From NCBI RefSeq assembly GCF_006345805.1, contig NC_043006.1:6200001-6264000 (forward strand): 64,000 nt of DNA. Direction: 5' to 3'. The notes beneath the pieces are model-generated. The model had not been told where the DNA came from, did not search any database, and worked only from the letters and a program-made list of their open reading frames with translations. Source of the DNA: Octopus sinensis (Eukaryota). Positions 25,101-37,698 of this stretch are shown piece by piece. The position numbers were made by a program, and so were the translations under genes. The stretch's first letter is position 1; every line of letters begins with the position of its first letter.

Positions 25101-25880
25101 ATTTCTTTACTACCCACATGGGGTTAAACACGGAGGGGACAAACAAGGACAGACAAACGGATTAAGTCGATTACATCGACCCCAGTGCATAACTGGTACT
25201 TATTTAATCGACCCCAAATGGATGAAAGGCAAAGTCAACCTCAGTGGAATTTGAACTCAGAAAGTAGCGGCAGACAAAATACCTATTTCTTTACTACCCA
25301 CATGGGGTTAAACACGGAGGGGACAAACAAGGACAGACAAACGGATTAAGTCGATTATATCGACCCCAGTGCATAACTGGTACTTATTTAATCGACCCCG
25401 AAAGGATGAAAGGCAAAGTTGACCTTGGCGGAATTTGAACTCAGAACGTAACAACAGACAAAATACCTATTTCTTTACTACCCACAAGGGGCTACACACA
25501 GAGGGGACAAACAAGGACAGACAAACGGATTAAGTCGATTATATCGACCCCAGTGCATAACTGGTACTTATTTAATCGACCCCGAAAGGATGAAAGGCAA
25601 AGTCAACCTCAGTGGAATTTGAACTCAGAATGTAGCGGCAGACGAAATACCTATTTCTTTACTACCCACAAGGGGCTAAACACAGAGGGGACAAACAAGG
25701 ACAGACATTGGTATTAAGTCGATTACATCGACCCCAGTGCATAACTGGTACTTAATTTATCGACCCCGAAAGGATGAAAGGCAAAGTCGACCTCGGCGGA
25801 ATTCGAACCCAGAACGTAGTGGCAGACGAAATACCGCTAAGCATTTTGCCCGGCATGCTAACGTTTCTGCCAGCTCACCA
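25101..25880 (-). repeat. Tandem array of 184-bp units derived from the SINE-C body
   Basis: Unit starts at 25102, 25286, 25470 and 25654; a single tRNA-like head at about 25880. Confidence 0.9.
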
Positions 25881-26189
25881 CCTTTAACCAGCATGCTAAT
25901 GATTGTCAACTCATTGCCAAAGTTTCCTTTCAAATATCAAAATATGTTTATCTTCATAAAAACTACAATTGTCAGCTTAACAGTAACAATTCCAGGAATA
26001 TTGTCTAAGCAATAACAAGAAATCGGTTGGTGGACACAAATGCATCCCTGTATTTGTGTCTGTGTGTGTGTATGCATGTGTGTTACATTAAACAACTTAA
26101 TGGTTGTAACTCTCTTTATAAGTGACCAACTAAAGCAGCCATCAATGGCAATGGTGTTTGCGATTGCTGATTTGTTTGTTTGTTTGTTG

Positions 26190-26540
26190 AGCGAAGCGGT
26201 CTTCATCCCAGAGTGGGAGAAGTCCGAAACGTGATCCTTTGCTATTCGTAAGACCCGCAGAAGAGAAAGCAGGTCAACCCCCGACACCGAGAGCATCGAC
26301 GGATGGACGAATGCGCATCCAGGCTCAGCGGTTGCGTAGGAAGTCGGAGACAAGAAACAGGAAGAAAGAGTGAGAGAAAGTTGGAGCAAAAGAGTAGAAC
26401 AGGGGTTGCCACCACCCCCTGCTGGAGCCTCATGGGGTTTTCGCTCAATAAACACACGCAACGCCCGGTCTGGGAATCGAAACCGCGATCCTCCAACCGC
26501 GAGTCCGCTGCCCTAAACATTGGGCCATTGTGCCTCCATT
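26190..26540 (+). mobile_element. SINE/repeat family D (tRNA-like GGGAATCGAAACC segment)
   Basis: Related copies at about 35570-35860, 48290-48540 (minus), 50750-51015 and 57790-58050. Confidence 0.65.
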
Positions 26541-26989
26541 GCTATTGCTGACCGGTTGCAGTGACTCATTTCTACCACTGCTTCTGTGATTTGATGCCAG
26601 GCACCAACTAAATTACCAACCTTTGTCATTATGGCAGTCCATTAGAAAAAAGTCACAAATAACAGGGTCAAGAGGATTAAAAGGATATGTTTGGTTTTGT
26701 TACTCACCTACAGAAGAAATTAAATTAAAAACACCAGCTTGCAAATGTGCTGAGATTTAAAGTCCGTGAACCAAGAGTTCAGGTTTCAAATCCAAACTAG
26801 ACCTCTTATTATAAATAGATAGATGTTAGTTAGTTAGTTAATTTGGCTCAAAAGCAAATAGCAAGGCCATGTAGGGGGACATGGAGTTAAATACAGGGTG
26901 GTGTTCATGTAAAGAGTTCAGGCCACTTGAGGTCCAGGGAGGCTTTGAACAAAGCGGTCGTCGGCATCTTCACCATCTCGTCTGGCAGT

Positions 26990-27434
26990 TACTCTCTTTT
27001 ACTTGTTTCAGTCATTTGACTGTGGCCATGCTGGAGCACCACCTTTAGTCGAGCAAATCGACCTCAGGACTTATTCTTTGTAAGCCTAGTACTTATTCTA
27101 TCGGTGTCTTTTGCCGAACCGCTAAGTTATAGGGACGTAAACACACCAGCATCGGTTGTCAAGTGATGTTGGTGGTGGTGGTGGTGGTGGGGGGGGGGAC
27201 AAACACAGACACACAAACATATACACACACACATGCACACACATATTTATATATATGTATATACATATATACGACAGGCTTCTTTTAGTTTCCATCTACC
27301 AAATCCACTCACAAGCCTTTGGTCGGCCTGGGGCCATAGTAGAAGACACTTGCCCAAGTTGCCACGCAGTGGGACTGAACCCGGAACTATGTGGTTCATA
27401 AGCAAGCTACTTACCACACAGCCACTCCTACGCC
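26990..27434 (-). mobile_element. SINE family A
   Basis: Full-length copy. Confidence 0.9.
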
Positions 27435-27526
27435 TGCCAAGAATTCAATACAAATGAATCTAAAGGCTTGGTCATTGGTGACACAAGTATATTAAACTTG
27501 AACCTTCAAATCAAAATCGATGAACA

Positions 27527-28050
27527 TCAATGGAATTTGTATTTTTGTGGTACCAGTGCCGGTGGCACATAAGAAAACCATCCGAATGTGGCCTTAGCCA
27601 GCACCGCATCAACTGGCCTCCGTGCTGGTGGCACGTAACAAACACCATCCGATCGTGGCCGTGCTAGCCTTGCCTTGCCTCCGTGCCGGTGGCACGTAAA
27701 AACCACCATCCAAGTGTGGCTGTTCACCAGCCTCATCTGGCATCTGTGTCAGTGGCACAAAAAAAAACACCATCCGAGCGTGGCACCTGTGTCGGTGGCA
27801 CAAAAAAAAACACCATCCGAGCATAGCCGTTTGCCAGCCTCGTCTGGCACCTGTGTCGGTGGCACATAAAAAGCACCCACTACACTCATGGAGTGGTTGG
27901 CGTTAGGAAGGGCATCCAGCTGTAGAAACACCGCCAGATCTGACTGGCCTGGTGCAGCCTTCTGGCTTCCCAGATCCCAGTTGAACCATCCAACCCGTGC
28001 TAGCATGGAAAGCGGCCGTTAAACGATGATGATGATGATGATGATGATGA
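27527..28050 (+). mobile_element. SINE family B
   Basis: Long copy with subrepeats and (GAT)n tail; other plus-strand copies at about 36130-36412 and 38115-38375. Confidence 0.85.
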
Positions 28051-28053
28051 ACC

Positions 28054-28227
28054 TTAATTCAAATCATCATTATGTTTATTCTTTCTTCTTGCCATTTTTC
28101 TACGACTCATTATAAATGGAATAAACTTCTCCATTTTGAGAGAGAGTCTGAGAATGATATGGTCACTTCTTCTCATTATTAGTGGTCCTGTGATAGTTCC
28201 ATACTTCTTTGCTATCAATGTCACATC
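28054..28227 (-). CDS. Candidate terminal exon (DVTLIAKKYGTITGPLIMRRSDHIILRLSLKMEKFIPFIMSRRKMARRKNKHNDDLN*)
   Basis: Acceptor tttgtacag|, 57 open codons in non-repeat DNA; no homology recognised. Confidence 0.2.
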   Translation of the reverse strand, partial: DVTLIAKKYGTITGPLIMRRSDHIILRLSLKMEKFIPFIMSRRKMARRKNKHNDDLN

Positions 28228-28634
28228 CTGTACAAATGTTTAATCTTAACATACATCTTGAGAGACCTATATTTGTGGTTCCTTAGCAGAAAAACAGTAT
28301 GAATAGACCATCCTTTAAATGTTGGGATTGTTTAATTAAGTGTTTCATAATTTGATTTTCTTCCTAATTGTATGAAATACAAGTAATTCATCATCATCAT
28401 TGTCATTGTTATTACTGTTATTGTCATCATCATTGTCGTCGTTGTCGTTGTCATCATCACCCTTGTTTTAACATCTACTCTTCCATGCTCAGTCACATGA
28501 GACCACCTTGTGGTAGAGTTTTCTAAGGCCAGAAACCCTTCTTTATGCCAAACCTTTCCTGTTTCTATGCAAATTAATAAATTTCTCAGTCTCTCAAACA
28601 AAAAAAAAAAAAAAAAAAGCTCATACTCGGTTAC

Positions 28635-28663
28635 ATTGAGAAAATGGCACCATTTATAAGAGC
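28635..28663 (-). CDS. Candidate 29-nt exon ((C)SYKWCHFLN)
   Basis: Acceptor cattttcctag|, donor |gtaacc; phase-compatible with 29049-29101 and 28054-28227. Confidence 0.2.
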
Positions 28664-28732
28664 CTAGGAAAATGCTGTGGGGAAATGAATTCTAACTCAA
28701 GTACTTTTCTCAAATAAACCACCTATGTAGAT

Positions 28733-28967
28733 CAGTGGTTCTCAACTGGGGTCCATAGAAGATTTTGTTTGTTAAAAATTGTGCGCAAGAAATTGCTTAT
28801 AATTCTACAATACACAAAATATTTTGACACAAAATATTTTGGTACCTGATAATATATAATCATAGAGATATAATAGGACATTTTAAACATCAAATCGCTA
28901 TGAGGGTCCACCTGAATAAAATAGGTATTAAAGTGGTTCACAGGCCAAAAGGAGATGAGAACCACTG
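28733..28967. mobile_element. hAT-like MITE
   Basis: CAGTGGTTCTCA...TGAGAACCACTG terminal inverted repeats. Confidence 0.7.
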
Positions 28968-29048
28968 ATCTTGATGGTACAAACATATTGATCTCTTGTA
29001 AGGGACAACAATTTTGAGGTAACTGAACCAACTTGATTGATAACTTAC

Positions 29049-29101
29049 ATTTAGGTGGTGGGTTGGGGATCCCCCCCATACTTGGAAAATCCAATTCTAA
29101 T
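29049..29101 (-). CDS. Candidate exon (LELDFPSMGGIPNPPPK + T); coding exon of a possible gene C or a 5' UTR exon of gene A
   Basis: Acceptor atttttgtag|, strong donor T|gtaagt, open frame; no homology recognised. Confidence 0.3.
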
Positions 29102-30154
29102 CTACAAAAATATCGACGTTTTGATTCCTTGTTAATTGATATATTTCAATAATCTTTCAAGAACACTCCTCAATCTCTATGGCAAGAGGCATAGGAAAAT
29201 ATATAAAGAATATTTTATGTTTCCCTAATATAAAGTGCTCTGTCAAAATCTTTAATAAATTGCAATATTAAAAAAGAAACCAGAAACTTTTTGTTTTGCC
29301 AAACTCATAGTATCATATTGGTTTCAAATTTTGGCACCAGGCCAGCAATTTTAGGGGAGGGGTAAGTTGGTTGCATCAACCCTAGTGATCAACTGGTATT
29401 TATTTCATTGACCCCCAAAAAAGATAAAAGGTGAAGTCAACATCAGTGGGATTTGAACTTAGAATATAAAGATGGGTAAAATTCCACCAAGTGTCTTGCC
29501 CAGCATTCTAACAATTTTGCCACCACTAGGCCTTTGAGTTTCTTTAGTGGAGTTCAGTGTGTTGCAAGTATTGGGGCCAGGTTTAAAGACATACCAATGT
29601 CCCTTTACATTAGTAATTTCCAAGGCCTGAAAAAAAAGGGCCATTGTTGCTCCATCTCATCTCCTGATTAAGTCCCCAGATTACCCAATTTAAGTAATAT
29701 ATTTAGTTTGTAAAATCACTGCTTAAATTTCGATATATAATAATCTAAGGACGTAGGTTATGGACATTGTTTCTTTCGGTCACTCATAGTACTAAATAAA
29801 ATAGCAAGAGAATGTGTGTGTATGTGTGTGTGTGTGTGTGTGTGTGAAAAGGACAAATATAAAAGAAAATAAGTCAACACTGAATGTGTAAACTAAATTA
29901 AAAACTCACTTTGACAGGTCAGCTGAGCAGAGGCTATCCAGTAACTTGGAAGTTTATGTTAAAACTTCTTTCTGCTGCAGTATTTTACAGCAGTTTAGGA
30001 AAGCAAAGCAAAAGAGACTCTAAAGTAACTTGTGTGAAAAATTCTTTGTTACCAATTACATTAACTTGTCTTCTTCTGTTGTCCTAGTTTCATTGGTTAT
30101 TCATTTCCTGTCTGCTTTGATAAGAATATACATCATACTTCCAATGACGTTATT

Positions 30155-30444
30155 GCAAATTTTATATTTTCAGTGACATTGTAATTTTTACATTTTTATA
30201 AAATAAAATGGAAAAGAAAATTACAGAAGATAAGAAGTTTTTGGATATAGAAAAGATGAGATGGTCAAGGTTGGAAGGCCTTTAATTATAAGTGGATTGG
30301 CAAATTTTATATTTTCAGTGATATTGTAATTTTTACATTTTTATAAAATAAAATGGAAAAGAAAATTACAGAAGATAAGAAGTTTTTGGATATAGAAAAG
30401 ATGAGATGGTCAAGGTTGGAAGGCCTTTAATTATAAGTGGATTG
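30155..30444 (+). repeat. 145-bp tandem duplication
   Basis: Two nearly identical units starting at 30155 and 30300. Confidence 0.9.
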
Positions 30445-32012
30445 AATAAAATTAGAGCATACTGGATTTTTATTTATTTATTTTTTACTTCCCATCGAGT
30501 CTGATCGGTCAGTCACAGCTGTGACCATTCTGTCCTTTTGGATGTATTTAGAACTATGTCATATAATGTGTTGTTTATTTATGTTACTTTAAATATGAAG
30601 TGTGTTGTTATCAAAGTAAAAAGGAACAAATAACTACTGTGTGACTTGAGAGAGAGATTTTGCTGCTATTTCTGATAGGTTGAATGACCTTGTAGAGGCT
30701 CTCTCTGTAAGCTCTGTTTGAGTGTATGACAAAACCCCCACTAGGACCTCCACCCCCCAGGACAACCCCCATAGTTAAAGTGTGAAAGTGGACAAAACCA
30801 CTTCAGTTATATTTTTAGGTTTTTTTCCCCTGTTTACTTGTTTCAGTCATCAAACTGTGGCCATGCTAGAGTATTGCTTTGAAGAATATTTTGTTGAACT
30901 CCCAGAATTGTTTTTCCCTTTTTACTTATTGCAGTTATTAGACTGCAGGGATGTTGGGGCATTATCTTGAAGAATCTTTAGACAACTGTATTGAACCCAG
31001 AATTTTTTTTAAGCCCGATCAAAACCACCTCAGTGATCATCATCATCATCATCATCAGCATCATCATCATCATCGTTTAACATCTGTTTTCCATGCTAGC
31101 ACGGGTTGGACCGTACAACAGGGGTCTGGGAAGCCAGGAGGCTGCACCAGGCTCCAGTCTGATCTGGCTGTGTTTCTACAGCTGGATGCTCTTCCTAACA
31201 CCAACCACTCCATGAGTATAGTGGGAGCTTTTTACATGCCACTGGCACAGGTGCCAGTAGCCACGATCAGTTGGTGCTTTTTACATGCCACCGGCACAGA
31301 AGCCAATCAAGGCAGCGCTGGCATCGGCCATGTTTGGATGTTGCTTTTTACGTTCCGCTGGCACAGGGTACACATCTACAATTTCCATTTGATATATTTC
31401 TCTTTTTTATTTATTTATACTTGTTTCAATCATTAGACTGCGGCCATGCTGAGGCACCGCCTTGAAGAAATTTTAGTTGAATGTATCAACCCAAGAATAT
31501 TTTTTACGTAATTTTCAACTATTAAATGAAGTTAAGCCTAGGTGGTCTTTCCACATGCTAGAAATAATAGACAAATCTCTTGAATTTTTTTATAATTTCA
31601 CATAAACAACAACAAATTGTAGTTGTAAAAAAACTTTTATTTTCCAATTTTTAAGGAAACAAAAATATATTCAATTGAAAATAAGTGGAATAAAATAACA
31701 GAACACAAGATTCTTTACTACTCAATGTAAACATTGCCTGAATTCTAACAAAAGGGAAAGCATTTACTCCAAAAAATTTTAAGAATGATAAGATGTATGC
31801 TTGAATGACTAGCCTTCGGCGCCATAATTCTGTTAGACCTTCAACAACCAGAGAAAGTTCAAAGGATCAGCTCATTCTCAATAATGTGCAGAGTGAAGAA
31901 AACAAAAGACTTTAAATCTAAATTCTAAAATGCTGATTTTTCTATGACTAAAGATTCTTCGGGGCAGTGCCCTAGCATGGCCACATTCTAATGATTGAAA
32001 CAAGTAAGAAAA

Positions 32013-33922
32013 TAAAAACATTCTAGGGTCAACTAAAAACATTCTATGGGCAACTAAAAACATGTCAACTAAAAACATTCAATGGGCAACTATAATATTC
32101 TATGGGCAACTAAAAGCATTCTATGGGCAACTAAAAACATTCTAGGGTCAACTAAAAACATTCTATGGGCAACTAAAAGCATTCTATGGGCAACTAAAAA
32201 CATTCTAGGGCAACTTAAAACATTCTAGGGTCAGCTAAAAACATTCTAGTGTCAACTAGAAACATTCTAGTCAACTAAAAACATTCTATGGGCAACTAAA
32301 AGCATTCTATGGGCAACTAACAACATTCTAGGGGCAACTAAAAACATTCTAGGGTCAACTAAAAACATTCTACGGTCAACTAAAAACATTCAATGGGCAA
32401 CAATAATATTCTAGGGGCAACTAAAAACATTCTAGGTTCAACTAAAAACATTCTACAGTCAACTAAAAACATTCTATGGGCAACTAAAAGCATTCTATGG
32501 GCAACTAAAAACATTCTAGGGGCAACTAAAAACATTCTAGGGTCAGCTAAAAACATTCTAGTGTCAATAAGAAACATTCTAGGGTCAACTAAAGATATTT
32601 TAGGGTCAACAAAAAAACATTCTATGTGCAACTACAAACATTCTAGAGTCAACTAAAAACATTCTAGGGTCAGCTAAAAACATTCTAGGGTCAACTAAAA
32701 ACATTTTGGGTTAACTAAAAACATACTAGGGGAAACTAAAAAATGTATGAGCAACTGAAGAGATTATATAAGCAAATAAAAACATTCTAGGGGCACCTAA
32801 AAACATTCTGGGGGCAACTAAAAACATTCTAGTGTCAAATAAAGATATTCTAGGGTCAACTAAAAACATTATAAGGTCAACTAAAAACATTCTAGGGGAA
32901 ACTAAAACATTCTAGGGTCAACTAAAAACATTCTATGGGCAACGAAAAACATGCTGTAGGCAAATAAAAACATTCTAGGGCCAACTAAAAATATTCTTTA
33001 GCAACTCAAAACATTCTATAGGCAACTAAAAATATTCTAGGGGCTACTAAAAACATTCTTGGGTCAACTAAAAACATTCAGGGGTCAACTATAATATTCT
33101 AGGGGCAACTAAAAACATTCTAGGGTCAACTAAAAACATTCTATAGACAAATAAAAGCATTCTATTGGCAACTAAAAGCATTCTATGAGCAACTAAAAAC
33201 ATTCTAGGGGCAACATAAGATATTCTATAGGCAACAAAATATATTCTATAGGCAACTAAAAACATTCTTTAGACAACTAAAAATATTCTATAGGCAACGA
33301 AAAACATTCTATAGGCAAGTAAAAACATTCTATAGGCAACTAAAAACATTCTTTAGACAACTAAAAATATTCTATTGGCAACGAAAAACATTCTATAGGC
33401 AACTAGAAATATTCTTTAGACAACTAAAAGTATTCTATTGGCAACGAAAAACATTCTATAGGCAACTAAAAACATTCTATAGTCAACTAAAAACATTCTT
33501 TAGACAACTTAAAATATTCTATTGGCAACGAAAAACATTCTATATGCAACTAAATACATTCTTTAGACAACTAAAAATATTCTATTGGCAACAAAAAACA
33601 TTCTATAGAAAACTAAAAACATTCTTTAGACAACGAAAAACATTCTATAGGCAACTAAAAATATTCTTTAGACAACTAAAAATATTCTATTGGCAACGAA
33701 AAACATTCTATAGGCAACTAAAAACATTCTATAGGCAACTAAAAACATTCTTTAGACAACTAAAAATATTCTATTGGCAACGAAAAACATTCTATAGGCA
33801 ACTAAAAACATTCTTTAGACAACTAAAAATATTCTATTGGCAACGAAAAACATTCTATAGGCAACTAAAAACATTCTTTAGACAACTAAAAATATTCTAT
33901 TGGCAACGAAAAACATTCTATA
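32013..33922 (+). repeat. 21-bp minisatellite (GGCAACTAAAAACATTCTAGG-type) grading into a 63-bp three-monomer higher-order repeat
   Basis: Irregular monomers to about 33245, then regular GGCAACTAAAAACATTCTTTA-GACAACTAAAAATATTCTATT-GGCAACGAAAAACATTCTATA. Confidence 0.95.
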
Positions 33923-34753
33923 GTAGAAATAGAAGGGAAACGAAAAATATCCGTAAAATATAACCATGGTTGTTTTGACTGCATTCACACCTTTCTTAAA
34001 GGGGTTTTGTCCTGGGATATTATGTGGATCTCACTCTGCTCAAGGCCTCAATCGAGAAGGTTGAGGTCAAGTTGCTTAGGGCATGGCAGTGTGCATCTTA
34101 GAAGTGTTCAGAGACAATCCTGCTGCACTCTTGTTGTGTGTCACAAAGAACCCTCTGCACTGTATCTTGTTCTACTAAACCCAGCAGTATATTCTTCCTT
34201 AAATCACAACACACCATCTTCAGGGTGCCATTAGTTTGCTACCTTCTCGAGTTCATCTGACTCATAACGGTTGGTTTCCATGGCATATTAATTCCCCACT
34301 TGGATCGGATGCCAGTCCATCGCAGCGTTACTCGTTTTTGCCAGCTGAGTGGACTGGAGCAACGTGAAATTAAGGGCTTTGCTCAAGAACAGGCTACAAC
34401 ACATCACCTGGTCCAGGGATTGAAACCACAACCTTAAAATCATAAGTCCAATACTCTAACCACTAAGCCATGTGCCTCCACAAGGGGCAGAGGACATTAG
34501 TTATTTCTTTACTGCCCACAAGGGGCTAAACATAGAGGGGACAAACAAGGACAGACAAACGGATTAAGTCAATTACATCGACCCCAGTGCGTAACTGGTA
34601 CTTAATTTATCAACCCCGAAAGGATGAAAGGCAATGTTGACCTCGGCAGAATTTGAACTCAGAACATAACGGCAGACGAAATACAGCTACTCATTTCGTC
34701 CGGTGTGCTAACGTTTCTGCCAGCTCGCCGCCTTTCTTTTTCTTTTTTTTTTT

Positions 34754-34857
34754 ATATGGAACGCTTCATGAGTTTGCGTGTCATCCTTGTGCAGGGGCCA
34801 TGCTAATCTTTTCTGTATCGTTCCAATTTTACTATATGTATTGCCGAAACAGAGGAC
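34754..34857 (-). pseudogene. U6: U6 snRNA processed pseudogene (full length)
   Basis: Matches the U6 consensus (AAAATTGGAACGATACAG...AAGATTAGCATGGCCCCTG...AAGGATGACACGCAAA...GAAGCGTTCCATAT). ACAGAGA box reads ACAGAAA; ends in an A-rich tail instead of oligo-T. Confidence 0.9.
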
Positions 34858-35129
34858 ATTCGTGCTACACACTAAGAACCACACATCAATGTCATCTTGC
34901 AGCATTTATGGCAGTAATTCTGTATTTCCGCGAAGGTATTTTCACCTGGCTTTGCAGAAATTTGTTTTCTTTGTTAATGCACCTGCTTTGATAATGGGAA
35001 TGTGATTGGAAGGGAGTTTGGCTGTTATTGGGATGGGCTGTGTGCAGAGAGCAGATATGATACCTGGAGAGTATTGAAGTTCCTTTTTTAATCAGTAAAT
35101 TTTGTTTTGTGTTTACCTTTTTGTGCTGT

Positions 35130-35385
35130 GATCATCATCATCATCATCATCCTCATCTTCATCATCATCATCTTCATCGTCCTCGTCATCATCATCATCA
35201 TCATCATCATCATCGCCATCATCGTCATCGTCCTCGTCATCATCATCATCATCATCTTCATCGTCAATGTCCTCGTCATCATTATCATCATCATCATCGC
35301 CATCATCATCTTCATCTTCACCGTCCTCGTCATCATCATCATCATCATCATCTTCATCGTCATCGTCCTCGTCATCGTCATCATT

Positions 35386-35424
<39 letters not shown>

Positions 35425-35455
35425 GTCGTCCTCGTCATCATCATCATCATCATCG
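35130..35455. repeat. Degenerate (CAT/CGT/CTT)n triplet tract
   Basis: Expanded SINE-B-type tail; produces spurious poly-His/Met/Ile/Ser ORFs. Confidence 0.9.
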
Positions 35456-37477
35456 TTTTAACATCCAGATTTTCATGCTTATGTAGGTCCGATGAAATTT
35501 GTTGAGGCAGATTTTCTACCAGTCGACGCTCTTCCTGTTACCAACCCTCACCTGTTATGTATGTTGTTTGTTCCTTCTCGAGCCACGCTTGGCTCATTAG
35601 GGCCGGCTTCCTGGTCTCTGTGGTGTATAGGTTCCCCACCTGGATGGGACGCCAGTCCATCGCAGGTGAGCTGCAAGATGCAGGAGGAAAGAGCGAGAGA
35701 AAGTTGTGGCAAAAGAGTCAACAGAAGTTTGCCATTACCTTCTGCCAGAGTTGCGTGGAGCTTAGGTGTTTTGCTCATAAACACGCACACCGCCCGGTCT
35801 GAGATTCGAACCCATGATCCCTTGACTGCGAGTCCGCTGCTCTAACCTCTAGACCATGTGCCACCTGTTAACTGGTGTATATTGGCTACTTATTTATTGT
35901 TGGGTATCTTGTGAGTGATGTCTGGAGTGGTACCCCAATATGAAGTGATGTCTGGAGTGGTGGTACCCCAATATGAAGTGATGTCTGGAGTAGTACTCCA
36001 ATATGAATTGGTGATTGCTGACTGCTAGGGAGTCTGCAGTAGTACTACAATGACTGGATGCTCCGGTCAGTGGAAGATGATGATAATCTAATCAACTAGT
36101 TGTCATTGGCAGTTGAGGTACCGTTTATTTGTTGTCCCTTGACTGGCTTCCGTGCCGGTGGCACATAAAAAGTACCAATCTGATCGTGGCCACTGCCAGC
36201 CTCGCCTGGCACCTGTGCTGGTGGCACGTAAGAAGCACCCACTACACTCACAGAGTGGTTGGCATTAGGAAGGGCATCCAGCTGTAGAAACACTGCCAGA
36301 TCAGACTGGAGCCTGGTGCAGCCTTCTGGCTTCCCAGATCCCCGGTCGAACCGTCCAACTCATGCTAGCATGGAGAACGGATGTTAAACGATGATGATGA
36401 TGATGATGATGAAAGATATTTCCTAAGATTTCTTCATCAATACTGTTGAAGTTTAAATTATATCATCATGAAATGACTGGTGTGAGACAAAGTTGTGAGG
36501 TGGGATATTAGGACTGTAAACTTCACAGAAGACAAAGGACTGTGATAAGTGGCAATATGTTATACTCAAGAACTCCCACCCATCTCAGTCGGAAGCATAA
36601 TATCATCATCATCATCGTTTAGCGTCCGTTTTCCATGCTAGCATGGGTTGGACGGTTCTACTGGGGTCTGTGAAGCCAGAAGGCTTCATCAGGCCCAGTC
36701 AAATCTGGCAGTGTTTCTACGGCTGGATGCCCTTCCTAACGCCAACCACTCCGTGAGTGTAGTGGGTGCTTTTTACGTGCCACCCACACAGGTGCCAGAC
36801 AGAGCTGGCAAACGGCCACGAACGGATGGTGCTTTTTATGTGCCACCGGCACAAGGGCCAGGCGAGGCTGGCAACGGACACGAAACGGGGCGGTGCTGGC
36901 AACGGTCGCGAAACGGAAGGTTCTCTTACATGCCACCGGCACTGGTAACACATCTGCAATTTCCATTGATGGATTTCCATTCTGATCGATTTCCACCAAT
37001 ATATCTATTTTATCCATCCATCCATCAATCTATCTATCTATCTGTCTGTCTGTCTTTCTATCACACACACACTTTTGTGATATGTTTAAAATAATAATAA
37101 TGAATATAAACATGTAAATGCATCTACATAAAAAATACACGTTTACATATATACAGTGTGATAAATACAATACCCCCTGCATTTTTTCTCATGCATAAGG
37201 GTCACTCAGCTCTTTTTTACTATTCTGATTGGTGTGTATACATTTATATATATTTGTAAATATTTTTCTCTCAGCTCATGTACTTCATTGTTCATGGCAT
37301 TACATATCTACCATATTGTGCTTGCCTCATTTCTTTCCAGTTTTCACATTTAATACCTGGTGTTTATTTGAATAATCAAATTCCATTATTAGAGAACTTA
37401 GTTACAAAAATATCTCTAAAAAGTCCTTTCTCTAAGGCAGTTCTCAACTTCTGTTTTGCTTTCAGTAGTGTATTTAA

Positions 37478-37698
37478 CCCTTTCGTTACCGCATTTATTT
37501 TGTGATGCCCTGTGTTTCTTTGAATTACTTTAAATATAACAAAGAATTTAGTAAAATAACTTAGTTATCGTTCAGCTAGTGTTAGGAACATAAACTGTGA
37601 CCAAGGTTTGGTGGAAGATTTTAATTCAGAACTTATGAAAACAAGACATTTGTACTACAGAGCCAGTTGTGGTTTCAGCCGGGTTGGTAATGAAAGGG
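37478..37698. mobile_element. piggyBac-like MITE
   Basis: TTAA-CCCTTTCGTTACC...GGTAATGAAAGGG; same family as 61140-61360. Confidence 0.75.

Noticed and set aside
31780-31920. Short ORFs on both strands in unique DNA (MTSLRRHNSVRP...; MAPKASHSS...)
   Set aside because: Under 45 codons, weak splice signals, no homology.
33544-33963. ORFs of repeated RQLKTFF/RQLKIFY/WQRKTFY (also 40316-40600 and 41058-41441) and TKNILG repeats (32393-32656)
   Set aside because: Open only because the 21-bp satellite unit is a multiple of three; no promoter, splice or codon evidence. Direct repeats without unique spacers, so not CRISPR.
35088-35505. Poly-His, poly-Met, poly-Ile and poly-Ser ORFs
   Set aside because: All frames of a degenerate (CAT)n tract derived from a SINE tail.
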